Below are positions 8,193 to 17,323 of a stretch of DNA of 64,000 nucleotides, in pieces; position 1 is the first letter of the stretch, and every line of letters starts with the position of its first letter. Both the position numbers and the translations under genes were made by a program. Below the pieces are notes generated by a model that worked only from the letters and a program-made list of their open reading frames with translations, did not search any database and was not told where the DNA came from. The stretch comes from Gemmatimonadales bacterium (lineage in GTDB: Bacteria > Gemmatimonadota > Gemmatimonadetes > Gemmatimonadales > GWC2-71-9): contig JBBQFH010000008.1 in assembly GCA_038321865.1 (NCBI GenBank), positions 50,517 to 114,516 on the forward strand, read 5' to 3'.

Positions 8193-10353
8193 GGCGTTGC
8201 GGCCGGTGCGGGATCCACTGCGGACCGCACTGCGCCCCGGGCCCCCGGCGCCGGCCGGCCAGGTGGTCCGGTCGCTCGTGGCCGGGGTCGCCCCCGCGCG
8301 GGCAGCCGATCAGCCGCCTGACTGGCTCTACGACGGGCAGCGCTACGCGTACGCGCGCGCGATCGCGGCCCTGAGACGGTTCCGCGGGGCGCTCCTGGCC
8401 GAGCCCACCGGCAGCGGCAAGACGTTCATCGCCCTGGCGGTGGCGCGGGCCTTCCAGCGGCCGCCCGTCGCGTGTCTCGTGCCCGCGGCGCTCGCGGCCC
8501 AGTGGCGCGCGACCGCCGCGACACTCGGCGTTTCCGTCGTGATCGGGTCCCACGAGCAGGCCAGCCGGGGCCGGCTGCCCCGGGGAACCCGTGGACTCGT
8601 GCTGATAGACGAGAGCCATCACTTCCGCCATCCCGACATCCGCCGCTATGCCCACGTCGCGGATTTTCTCGTGGGCCGTCCGGCGCTGCTGCTCACCGCC
8701 ACGCCGGTCGTCAACCGGATTGAGGACCTCTCCCATCAGCTACGGCTCGCCGTGCGCGACGATGCGCTGGCAGGAGAAGGCCTCATCTCGCTCCTTGGGC
8801 TCGAACGGGGTGGCCGGGGCGCGCTCGCGGCCGTCGTGATCAGCTCGGCGCATTGCCCCGGCGTGCCGGCCCGGGCGCACCGGACGGTCACACCTGACGA
8901 CACGGCGGGTGAGGCAAGGGTTCTCGCCGCCATGGACCGTCTCGCGCTCTCCAGCGATCCCTCGATCGCGGGCCTGATCCGGGCGGTGCTGCTTCGGGCC
9001 ATGGCGTCGAGTCCCGGATCACTCCACGGCGCGCTGCGCCGATATCGGCGGCTCCTGCTCCAGGCGGCGGATGCGGCGGCCGGCGGGCGGGCCGTCTCGC
9101 GTTCCGCGATACGCGCGTGGGCCGGGGCAAGTGGAGACCAGCTGATCCTCTGGTCTCTCATGCCGGATGACAAGGTCAGCCCGGACCTGATGCTCGGCGA
9201 CGCCGAGCCGCTGGAGCCCCTGCTCGCCATGGCCGCCGCCCTGGTCAGCGCTCCGGATCCCAAGCTCGGTCACCTCCGCGAGCTGCTCTCCGACGGCGCG
9301 CGGACGCTCGTTTTCACCGGGGCGCGCGATACCGTGTCCTACCTTAGGCGGCGACTGGAGGTGCCGACCGCCTGGTGCACCGGCGAGCGCTCCGGAATCG
9401 GGCCCACCACGGTATCACGCGCCGCCGTGCTCGCCCGCTTTGCGCCGGGAGCGCGGGGCGGCCCGCACGTCCTGCTCGCGACGGATGTCGCCGCGGAGGG
9501 TCTCGATCTTCAGGGCGCCGAACGCGTGGTGCATTACGATCTGCCCTGGACCGCGACCCGGCTCGCGCAGCGGGAGGGCCGGGTCGCGCGACTGGGCTCG
9601 CGGCACCAGGCAGTCGACGTCGTCCGGTTCGACCCGTCGGCCGCGCTGGAGCGGCGCCTGCGGCAGCTCGACGCGCTGGCACGCTCGGCCAGTGCCCCAG
9701 TCGAGGTCGGATTCGGAGAGACCGACATCTGGCGCTGGCGCGATGCGGTGGCCCGGCGCTTCGGCGACACTCCCGCCGCGGCGGGCGTGGCCTGCATTGC
9801 CTCGCCCAATCGTGGCGTGCTCGCCGGTGTGACCCTCTGCGGCGTGGACCCTCACGATCCTCATCGGCAGCCGGGCGCGCTACTCTGGCTGGGCGCCAAC
9901 GGGAACATTCTGCGGGATCCCGAGTGGCTGGTGAGCCGCCTGGCCGAAGCGAGCTCGGCGCAGGAGGCGCCGGTGGACGAATCGCGCGTTTCCGCCGCGA
10001 TCGCAGCACTCACGGCCGAGATCGCAGCCATGCTGCGACGCGTGGGGCGGATGCGCTGGCAGCAGGCCGACTCGTCCGGCGGCGCCGCCGCCGTACGTGA
10101 TCGCCTGACCGCCCTGGCGCGTGACGCCGCACGGAAGCGCGACCGGCCGCTGCTGGCCAGACTCGACGGCGTGCTGGCGGTCGCCGCGGGCGGGCACACG
10201 GCCGGAGAGATCCGGCTGCTCGGCCGGCTGGCCCACGTGGACGACGCCTCCCTGATGGCTGCACTGTCCGGACTCCCGCCGGCCGCGGCGGAGCCGCGAA
10301 ACGTCGAGGCACGGATCTCCGGCGTGATCGTCTTCGGGCCAGCGGCGCCGTGA
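8152..10353 (+). CDS. Superfamily 2 (SNF2-like) helicase/ATPase
   Basis: Walker A AEPTGSGKT, motif II DESHH, motif III TATP, DPKL, motif V TDVAAEGLDLQ, HYDLPW and motif VI QREGRVAR. Overlaps the 3' end of the MTase. Confidence 0.85.
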   Translation: MSWHPSSVPTIVAEALRPVRDPLRTALRPGPPAPAGQVVRSLVAGVAPARAADQPPDWLYDGQRYAYARAIAALRRFRGALLAEPTGSGKTFIALAVARAFQRPPVACLVPAALAAQWRATAATLGVSVVIGSHEQASRGRLPRGTRGLVLIDESHHFRHPDIRRYAHVADFLVGRPALLLTATPVVNRIEDLSHQLRLAVRDDALAGEGLISLLGLERGGRGALAAVVISSAHCPGVPARAHRTVTPDDTAGEARVLAAMDRLALSSDPSIAGLIRAVLLRAMASSPGSLHGALRRYRRLLLQAADAAAGGRAVSRSAIRAWAGASGDQLILWSLMPDDKVSPDLMLGDAEPLEPLLAMAAALVSAPDPKLGHLRELLSDGARTLVFTGARDTVSYLRRRLEVPTAWCTGERSGIGPTTVSRAAVLARFAPGARGGPHVLLATDVAAEGLDLQGAERVVHYDLPWTATRLAQREGRVARLGSRHQAVDVVRFDPSAALERRLRQLDALARSASAPVEVGFGETDIWRWRDAVARRFGDTPAAAGVACIASPNRGVLAGVTLCGVDPHDPHRQPGALLWLGANGNILRDPEWLVSRLAEASSAQEAPVDESRVSAAIAALTAEIAAMLRRVGRMRWQQADSSGGAAAVRDRLTALARDAARKRDRPLLARLDGVLAVAAGGHTAGEIRLLGRLAHVDDASLMAALSGLPPAAAEPRNVEARISGVIVFGPAAP

Positions 10354-10395
10354 TTCCGTTTCCGCCGGGGGCCCGTGCGGCTACGTTGTTCCTCC

Positions 10396-11046
10396 ATGAT
10401 CAAGCTCGAGACAGTCCTCTTCGACCTCGACGGGACGCTGATCGACTCGGTGCGTCTCATTCTCGACAGCTACCACCACACACTGGCCGCGCACGGACTC
10501 CCGCCGCGCACCGACGACGAGTGGCTGCGCGGGGTCGGCACGCCGTTGCGAGTGCAGTTCGCGCCCTGGAAAGAGAGTCCGGGAATCGACGCGATGATCG
10601 CGACGTACCGGGAGTACAATCTGGCGCACCATGACACCTGCGTGACGGCATACCCCGGCGTGGTGGCGGCGCTTGAGGCCGTGAGGGTCACCGGTGTCCG
10701 CACCGGGCTGGTGACGAGCAAGAACCGGAGCGGCGCGGAGCGCGGCCTTCGGCTGTGCGGCATCCTGGAAACGATGGACGTGATCGTGGGATCGGATGAC
10801 GTCGTGCATCCGAAGCCCGATCGCGAGCCGGTCGTAAAGGCGATGGCGCTGCTGGGGAGCGATCCGTCCGCCACGCTCTACGTCGGCGACAGCATTCATG
10901 ACATGGAGTCGGGTCGCGCCGCGGGGGTGTGGACCGCCGGGGTGCTGTGGGGGCCCTTCGGGCGGGCCGATCTCGAGCCGGCCACCCCGGATTACTGGCT
11001 GGACCGGCCGGCGGACCTGGTGGCGCTGGTGCGCTCAGCCACCTGA
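10396..11046 (+). CDS. HAD-superfamily hydrolase, PpaX-like pyrophosphatase
   Basis: FDLDGTLIDS, VTSK, KPDREP and YVGDSIHD. Confidence 0.88.
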   Translation: MIKLETVLFDLDGTLIDSVRLILDSYHHTLAAHGLPPRTDDEWLRGVGTPLRVQFAPWKESPGIDAMIATYREYNLAHHDTCVTAYPGVVAALEAVRVTGVRTGLVTSKNRSGAERGLRLCGILETMDVIVGSDDVVHPKPDREPVVKAMALLGSDPSATLYVGDSIHDMESGRAAGVWTAGVLWGPFGRADLEPATPDYWLDRPADLVALVRSAT

Positions 11047-11125
11047 GCTGCGCCTGGCTGCCGTCTGGCCGAGCCTCCCCGGCCGGGCTATTTTTGGCGA
11101 CCCATCCCACGCCACGAGGCCGTAC

Positions 11126-11746
11126 ATGCGACTGCTCCCCCGCGACGAGAAGTTCTTCGACCTCTTCACCGCGGTCGCCAAGCTCAACGTGGACGCGGCC
11201 AAGCTGCTGCAGGACCTGCTCAAGGCGGGGCTGGACGGGCGGCGGCCGATCGTGGACTCGATCAAGCGGCTCGAGCACCAGGCCGACCAGATCACGCACG
11301 ATGTCGTCGGCCGGCTCGATCGGACCTTCATCACGCCGCTCGACCGCGAAGACATTCATATGCTGGCGTCGCGCCTGGACGACATCATGGACCTCATCGA
11401 CGGCACGGCGCGCCGGATTCAGATGTTCCGGGCCGGGGAGCCGCCGGCTGGCGCCCTGATGCTCGCCGACGTCATTCATCGCGCCACGCTGCAGCTGCTG
11501 ATCGCGGTCCAGAACCTGGAAAACAGCAAGGACGGCTCGGTGCTGGAGGCCTGCAAGCAGGTCAAGCAGCTCGAGGAGGAAGGCGATTCGCTCTACCACG
11601 AGTGGATCGGCAAGCTGTTCGAGGGCGCAACCGACGCGCTCCTCGTGATCAAATGGAAGGAAATCTACGACACGCTCGAGCGCACGATCGACCAGGCCGA
11701 AGACGTGTCGAACGTGCTCGAATCCGTCTCGATCAAGCACGCCTGA
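11126..11746 (+). CDS. DUF47 / PhoU-like phosphate transport accessory protein
   Basis: MRLLPRDEKFFDLF, LEHQADQITH, TFITPLDREDI, LEEEGD and IKWKEIY. Lies immediately upstream of a PiT gene. Confidence 0.92.
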   Translation: MRLLPRDEKFFDLFTAVAKLNVDAAKLLQDLLKAGLDGRRPIVDSIKRLEHQADQITHDVVGRLDRTFITPLDREDIHMLASRLDDIMDLIDGTARRIQMFRAGEPPAGALMLADVIHRATLQLLIAVQNLENSKDGSVLEACKQVKQLEEEGDSLYHEWIGKLFEGATDALLVIKWKEIYDTLERTIDQAEDVSNVLESVSIKHA

Positions 11747-11748
11747 TC

Positions 11749-12777
11749 ATGGACGGAACGATCGCCTTCGTCCTGGTCATCATCGGCGTCGCGTTCTGCT
11801 TCGATTTCATCAACGGATTTCACGACAGCGCGAACTCGATCGCGACGGTCGTCTCCACCCGCGTGCTCTCGCCGGGCGTGGCGGTCTTCTGGGCGGCCTT
11901 CTTCAACTTCGTGGCCGCCTTCACCGTCGGCACGGCCGTCGCCAAGGCCATCGGCAAGGGACTCCTCGATCCGTCGGTGGTGGATCCGACGCTCATCCTG
12001 TCGGCGCTGCTGGGTGCCATCGTCTGGGATCTGCTCACCTGGTATCTCGGCCTCCCGACGTCGTCGTCCCACGCCTTGCTCGGCGGGCTGGGGGGTGCGG
12101 CCATCGCCAAGGCCGGCTTCGGGGCCCTGCTCCTGCACGGCTGGATCCTGCCGGTCGTCTTCATCGTCGTTTCGCCGGTGATGGGCTTCGTCCTCGCGCT
12201 GGCCCTGACGGTCGGCCTGTCGTGGCTGCTCCGCTACCGGCGGCCCGGACCGATCGACCGCGTCTTCCGCAAGCTCCAGCTCATCTCCGCGGCGCTCTAT
12301 TCGCTCAGCCACGGCGCCAACGATGCCCAGAAGACGATGGGCATCGTGGTGGGCCTGCTGGTCGCCACCCAGGCGCATTTCGTCAATCAGCCGGGCATCC
12401 TGTCCCATCTCTACCTCCCGACCGCCGATCACATACCGCTCTGGGTCGAAATGTTCGCCTATACGGCCATCGCGCTCGGCACGGCGATGGGCGGGTGGCG
12501 GATCGTGAAGACGATGGGCAGCCGGATCACCAAGCTGCGGCCCTTCGGAGGATTCTGCGCGGAAACCGGCGGCGGGATCACGGTGCTCATCGCATCGCAC
12601 TTCGGCGTGCCCGTGAGCACGACACACACCATCACCGGTGCCATCGTCGGCGTCGGTACGGCCAGTCGGGTTTCGGCGGTGAGGTGGGGGGTGGCGACCC
12701 GGATCGTCTGGGCCTGGGTGCTGACGATGCCAATGGCCGCGGTCATCGCGGCCATTTCGTACCTGCTGTTGCGCTGA
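11749..12777 (+). CDS. pit: Inorganic phosphate transporter, PiT family
   Basis: Signature motifs NGFHDSANSIAT, PTSSSHAL, HGANDAQKTMG and PVSTTH; multiple TM segments. Confidence 0.95.
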   Translation: MDGTIAFVLVIIGVAFCFDFINGFHDSANSIATVVSTRVLSPGVAVFWAAFFNFVAAFTVGTAVAKAIGKGLLDPSVVDPTLILSALLGAIVWDLLTWYLGLPTSSSHALLGGLGGAAIAKAGFGALLLHGWILPVVFIVVSPVMGFVLALALTVGLSWLLRYRRPGPIDRVFRKLQLISAALYSLSHGANDAQKTMGIVVGLLVATQAHFVNQPGILSHLYLPTADHIPLWVEMFAYTAIALGTAMGGWRIVKTMGSRITKLRPFGGFCAETGGGITVLIASHFGVPVSTTHTITGAIVGVGTASRVSAVRWGVATRIVWAWVLTMPMAAVIAAISYLLLR

Positions 12778-12784
12778 ACCGCGT

Positions 12785-13948
12785 TCAGGCTGCCCGGATC
12801 AGCGCCTTCCGTCCGATCACGTCCCGATAATCGCGGATCAGCAGGTCGTCAATCGCATCCCAGCGGCGCTCCGACGCGGTGCGCAGCGCGCCCGCCGCGA
12901 GCCGCCGCCTGAGTGCGCCGTCATTGAGCAGCCGGCCGAGTCCCTCCGTGAGGGCGTCCATGCTGCCGGGAGTCACCAGCCAGGCGTTGTCCCCGTGACG
13001 CGCGAATTCCATCACACCGCCCGCCGCAGCCGTCACTGACGGAATGCCCGACGCCATCGACTCGACCAGCACGTTGCCGAAGGTCTCGGTGGTGGAGGGA
13101 AACGCAAAGATGTCCGCCGAAGCGTAGGCGACGGACAGCGCGTCGCCCTCGAGCAGGCCCAGCACGTGGACCCCGGGAATGTTGCGGCGCTCGATCGCCG
13201 CCGCCAGCGGCCCGCGGCCGACCAGGGCGAGCTGCGCGGTGCCGCGCCGCGCGCCAAGCGCCTGCCAGGCATCGAGCAGCAGGTCGAGATTCTTCTCCCG
13301 CGCGAGGCGCCCGACATAGGTAACCAGCAGATCGTCGGGGCCGACGCCCAGTCCGGTGCGGAAGGCCTGGTCGCGGTGGCGGGGATTGAACGTCGACGTA
13401 TCCACGCCGCGGGTCCAGATCGCGGTGCGGTTGACGCCGCGGCCATGCAGGTGATCCTGATAAAAACTCGACGGACACAGGACGAGGCTCGCCTGGCTGT
13501 AGAACCAGCGCAGGTAGCGCCAGCCGGCGTTCACGGCCCAATCCACTCCGTAGCGTCCGGCATACTGGTCGTAGTTGGTGTGTGCCGACGCGACCACCGG
13601 CACCCCGAGCCGTCGCGCGATTTTCACTCCGGCGAGTCCCATGGCGAATTCGGTGGCCACGTGCACCAGGTCCGGGCGGAATCGCTCCGCATCTTCCAGG
13701 AGCTCGCCGGAGCGCGGAAACGCCCACTGGACATCGGGGTACAGAAAAAGCGGCATGCTGGGCGAGCGATGGACCTCGGGCCGGTCACTGACGCCCGGCG
13801 GGAGGGCGTAGGTCGCGGAATAGACGCGCACGTCGTGACCCCGGGCCCGCAGTGAGTCCGACAGCCGGCGCAGCGTCACGCCGACCCCGCTCACCATGGG
13901 CCAGTACACTTCGGAAAACAGCGCGATACGCAAGGGATCAGTCGTCAC
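12785..13948 (-). CDS. Family 4 (GT-B) glycosyltransferase, MgtA/PimB-like
   Basis: RIALFSEVYWPMVSGV, YVGRLAREKN and FPSTTETFGNVLVESMASG. GTG start at 13948. Confidence 0.9.
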   Translation of the reverse strand: MTTDPLRIALFSEVYWPMVSGVGVTLRRLSDSLRARGHDVRVYSATYALPPGVSDRPEVHRSPSMPLFLYPDVQWAFPRSGELLEDAERFRPDLVHVATEFAMGLAGVKIARRLGVPVVASAHTNYDQYAGRYGVDWAVNAGWRYLRWFYSQASLVLCPSSFYQDHLHGRGVNRTAIWTRGVDTSTFNPRHRDQAFRTGLGVGPDDLLVTYVGRLAREKNLDLLLDAWQALGARRGTAQLALVGRGPLAAAIERRNIPGVHVLGLLEGDALSVAYASADIFAFPSTTETFGNVLVESMASGIPSVTAAAGGVMEFARHGDNAWLVTPGSMDALTEGLGRLLNDGALRRRLAAGALRTASERRWDAIDDLLIRDYRDVIGRKALIRAA

Positions 13949-13994
13949 GGCCGGGAAACATGCGGTGTAACTTACCCCTATGGCAAGCCGAACC

Positions 13995-14453
13995 ATGAAC
14001 TTCGAGTTCTCCGGTGCCCCCGAGATCCGCGCGTCACGGGACGAGGTGTGGCGCCGCCTGCTCGACCCGCACTTTATCGGCGGCTCCGCCCCGGGCGTCG
14101 AGACCGTCGAGCCGCTCGACCCGACCCACTTTCGCATGATTCTCGGCTTCGGCATCGCGCTTCTCAAGCTGCGCTTTGCGCTCGATGTCGAGATGTTCGA
14201 CATCGTGGAGGGCCGAAGCGCCCGCATGCGCGCGCACGGCCGGGCATCGGGCTCCTCGGTCGAGATGGTCTCGCACATTCAGGTGGAGGACGCGTCACCC
14301 GGGCGGGTGCGGCTCCGCTGGACCGCCGCGAGCAAGGTGAGCGGTGCCCTGGCCGGCGTCGGGTCGCGGCTGGTGGAGGGAGTGGCGAAGAAGCTCACGG
14401 CCCAGTTCTGGGCCAGCTTCGCCGAACGGGTCACCCGGGATGCCGCCGCGTGA
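13995..14453 (+). CDS. CoxG-like SRPBCC/START-fold protein
   Basis: ..ASRDEVWRRLLDP..PGVE and GALAGVGSRLVEGVAKKLTAQFW match the CoxG pattern. Alternative ATG at 13980. Confidence 0.8.
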   Translation: MNFEFSGAPEIRASRDEVWRRLLDPHFIGGSAPGVETVEPLDPTHFRMILGFGIALLKLRFALDVEMFDIVEGRSARMRAHGRASGSSVEMVSHIQVEDASPGRVRLRWTAASKVSGALAGVGSRLVEGVAKKLTAQFWASFAERVTRDAAA

Positions 14454-16132
14454 TGCGCGCGATCGTCGTCTTCCTCCTGGCGCTGCCGGCCTCCGGATGC
14501 GTCGCGGCACGCTACGACCTGATCGTCCGGAACGGAACCGTCTACGACGGAAGCGGCGCGGCTCCGCGCCCTGCGGACGTGGGCGTCCGCGGCGACTCGA
14601 TCGTGGCGGTGGGCGATCTGGCCGGCCGTCGCGCCCGCCGGGAGGTCGATGCCGCCGGCATGGCGGTCGCGCCCGGGTTCGTCAACATGCTCAGCTGGGC
14701 GTCGGACGCGCTGCTGCACGATGGCCGATCCCAAGGCGACATTCGCCAGGGTGTGACGCTGGAGGTCTTCGGCGAAGGCAGCTCGATGGGACCGCTGACC
14801 GACAGCATGCGGCGCGAGCAGCTCGCCCGCCAGAGCGACATCAGGTACGACATTCCCTGGACGACGCTGGGCGAGGGACTCTCGTACCTCGAACGGCACG
14901 GGATCTCGCCCAACGTCGCCTCGTTCGTCGGCGCCACGACGGTTCGCGTCCATGAGCTCGGCTACGTCAACCGCCCGCCCACCGCCGCCGAGCTCCTCCG
15001 CATGCAGGATCTGGTGCGGCAGGCGATGCGCGAGGGTGCGCTCGGCGTCGGCTCGTCGCTGATCTACGCGCCCGCCAACTTCGCCGGCACCGAGGAGCTG
15101 ATCGCCCTGGCCAGGGCGGCGGGGGAGTTCGGCGGCATGTACATCTCGCACATGCGGAATGAAGGCCCGCGCCTCCTCGAGGCCGCCGACGAGCTGATCC
15201 GGATCGCGCACGACGCCGGTGTGCCGGCCGAGATCTACCACATCAAGGCGGCGGGCCGGCGGAACTGGTCGAAGCTCGGCCCCCTGCTGGCCAAGGTGGA
15301 TTCTGCTCGTGCCGCGGGGCTTCGTATCACCGCCGACATGTACACCTACCCGGCCAGCTCCACCGGCCTCGACGCGACGATGCCGCTCTGGGTGCAGGAG
15401 GGGGGACATGCCGCATGGGTGGCGCGCCTCAAAGACCCGGCGATCCGGGCCCGGGTCATCGCCGAGATGCGGAACACCACCGGCTCGTGGGACAACTCCT
15501 TCGCCAGCTCCGGTGGGCCGTCAGGTGTGCTGCTGGTGAGCTTCCGGACAGACTCGCTGCGCTATCTGACGGGCCGGACGCTGGAAGAGGTGGCCCGCAT
15601 GCGAGGCAAGTCCGCCGAGGAAACGGCGATCGATCTGGTGATCCAGGACGACAGCCGGGTCGGTTGCGTGTTCTTCACGATGTCGGAGGAGAATGTGCGG
15701 CGGGAGGCGGCAATTCCCTGGATCAGCTTCGCCTCGGATGCCGGCTCCTACGCCACCGAGGGCGTCTTTCTGAAGACCGGCACCCATCCTCGCGCGTACG
15801 GCAATTTCGCCCGCCTGCTCGGTCGGTACGTCCGCGACGAGCGCGTGATACCGCTGGAAGAGGCGGTGCGCCGCCTGACGTCGCTTCCGGTCGCGAATCT
15901 GGGCATCACGCGGCGGGGGTATCTCCGGGCGGGGTACTACGCCGACATCGTCATCTTCGATCCCGCGACGATCGCCGACCGCGCCACCTTCGCAGCGCCG
16001 CACCAGTACAGCGTGGGAATGCGTGATGTGATCGTGAACGGGGTGCCGGTCCTCGCCCGCGGCGAGCACACCGGGGCCAAGCCGGGACGATTCGTCCGGG
16101 GCCCGGGATGGCGACCCCCTCCGACACGGTGA
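14453..16132 (+). CDS. Secreted N-acyl-D-amino-acid deacylase-family amidohydrolase
   Basis: Signal/lipoprotein-like N-terminus, IVRNGTVYDGSG, YISHMRNE, EIYHIK, ASDAG, HPRAYGNFAR and ADIVIFDP. Confidence 0.88.
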   Translation: MRAIVVFLLALPASGCVAARYDLIVRNGTVYDGSGAAPRPADVGVRGDSIVAVGDLAGRRARREVDAAGMAVAPGFVNMLSWASDALLHDGRSQGDIRQGVTLEVFGEGSSMGPLTDSMRREQLARQSDIRYDIPWTTLGEGLSYLERHGISPNVASFVGATTVRVHELGYVNRPPTAAELLRMQDLVRQAMREGALGVGSSLIYAPANFAGTEELIALARAAGEFGGMYISHMRNEGPRLLEAADELIRIAHDAGVPAEIYHIKAAGRRNWSKLGPLLAKVDSARAAGLRITADMYTYPASSTGLDATMPLWVQEGGHAAWVARLKDPAIRARVIAEMRNTTGSWDNSFASSGGPSGVLLVSFRTDSLRYLTGRTLEEVARMRGKSAEETAIDLVIQDDSRVGCVFFTMSEENVRREAAIPWISFASDAGSYATEGVFLKTGTHPRAYGNFARLLGRYVRDERVIPLEEAVRRLTSLPVANLGITRRGYLRAGYYADIVIFDPATIADRATFAAPHQYSVGMRDVIVNGVPVLARGEHTGAKPGRFVRGPGWRPPPTR

Positions 16133-16857
16133 ATCCCGCGCGCGTCGGCTGCGCCGGCTGGTCCGTTCACGCGTTCGCTTCCGCGCTCTTCCCCCCGACC
16201 GGCAGCCATCTCGAGCGCTACGCCGGCCTCCTCAACGCGGTCGAGATCAACTCGTCGTTCCATCGCGAGCATCGAATCGCAACCTACGCCCGCTGGGCCG
16301 CGAGCGTGCCCGATGGCTTCCGCTTTTCGGCCAAGATCCCGAAATCGATTACCCATGAGCAGCGGCTGGTCGGAGCCGAACCGCTGATCGAGCGCTTCGT
16401 CGCCGGCCCCGCCGCGCTCGGCCCGCACGCGGGACCGCTCGTCGTGCAGCTGCCGCCAAGCCTGGCGCTCGACCCAGCCATTGCCGATGGCTTCTTTGCG
16501 GCCGTTCGGCGCCACTGGGAGGGACCGCTGGTCTGCGAGCCGCGCCACCCGTCGTGGTTCGGCCCGGATGGCGAGGAGATTCTCCGCAGGCATCGAACAG
16601 GCAGGGTGGCCGCGGATCCGGTGCTGGCGCCCGGTGCGGATCGGCCGGGAGGCTGGCCCGGCGTCGCGTACTGGCGGCTCCACGGTTCGCCGAGGACCTA
16701 CTTCTCGGGATATTCGCCCGAGCGTCTGGAGGCGCTCGCGGCGGCGCTGGATGACCACGCCGCGGCGGCGCACCGCTGGTGCATCTTCGACAACACCGCC
16801 CTCGGTGCGGCCGCGCACGATGCCGTCGCCCTCGGCCGCCTCCGCGGCGCCGGATAG
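16129..16857 (+). CDS. DUF72 (YecE-like) TIM-barrel protein
   Basis: VGCAGWS, AVEINSSFH, FRFSAKIP..ITH, VQLPPSL, CEPRHPSW, YWRLHGSP and WCIFDNT. Confidence 0.9.
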   Translation: MNPARVGCAGWSVHAFASALFPPTGSHLERYAGLLNAVEINSSFHREHRIATYARWAASVPDGFRFSAKIPKSITHEQRLVGAEPLIERFVAGPAALGPHAGPLVVQLPPSLALDPAIADGFFAAVRRHWEGPLVCEPRHPSWFGPDGEEILRRHRTGRVAADPVLAPGADRPGGWPGVAYWRLHGSPRTYFSGYSPERLEALAAALDDHAAAAHRWCIFDNTALGAAAHDAVALGRLRGAG

Positions 16858-16879
16858 CGTCGCGGGCGGGACCTCCGGG

Positions 16880-17323
16880 TCAGCCCACCGACAGCTTCCG
16901 CAGCTGGCGCATCAGCCGCCGCTGCGCGGTGACATCCTGCACCGCCACGAAAATCGTATCGTCTCCCGCCAGCGTGCCCACCACCTCACCCCACGCCAGG
17001 CGATCCAGGGCGGCACCTACCCGGTTGGCTTCGCCGGGCGGGGTGTGCAGCACGACCATTGCATCCCCTGCCGGGTCGATGCCGATCACGCCATCCGCAA
17101 TCCTGCGCTCGTCGGGATCGCGCGACTCAGCCATCGCGGGCCGGCGGTAGGACCCGTCCACCTTCGCCAGTCGCAGCGTTGCGATGTCACGGCTCACCGA
17201 CGACTGGGTGACGTCCCACCCCTCGCGCGCCAGCGAGTCCGCCAGCTCGTCCTGCGTCCGGATCGCGTGCGTGCTGATCAACTCGAGAATCTTGAGGTGT
17301 CGCTTGCGCCGGTCGGCGGTCAT
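16880..17323 (-). CDS. argR: Arginine repressor
   Basis: TQDEL, VTQSSVSRDI helix-turn-helix and arginine-binding GTLAGDDT. Last gene of the arg operon. Confidence 0.95.
   Translation of the reverse strand: MTADRRKRHLKILELISTHAIRTQDELADSLAREGWDVTQSSVSRDIATLRLAKVDGSYRRPAMAESRDPDERRIADGVIGIDPAGDAMVVLHTPPGEANRVGAALDRLAWGEVVGTLAGDDTIFVAVQDVTAQRRLMRQLRKLSVG

Noticed and set aside
5193..10353. Complete DISARM or BREX system, or a mobile island
   Set aside because: No drmA/B/C, pglZ or brxC, and no integrase, tRNA, flanking direct repeats or evident compositional shift.
13995..14453. Carbon monoxide dehydrogenase cluster
   Set aside because: Only a lone CoxG-like gene is present; no coxL/M/S in the window.
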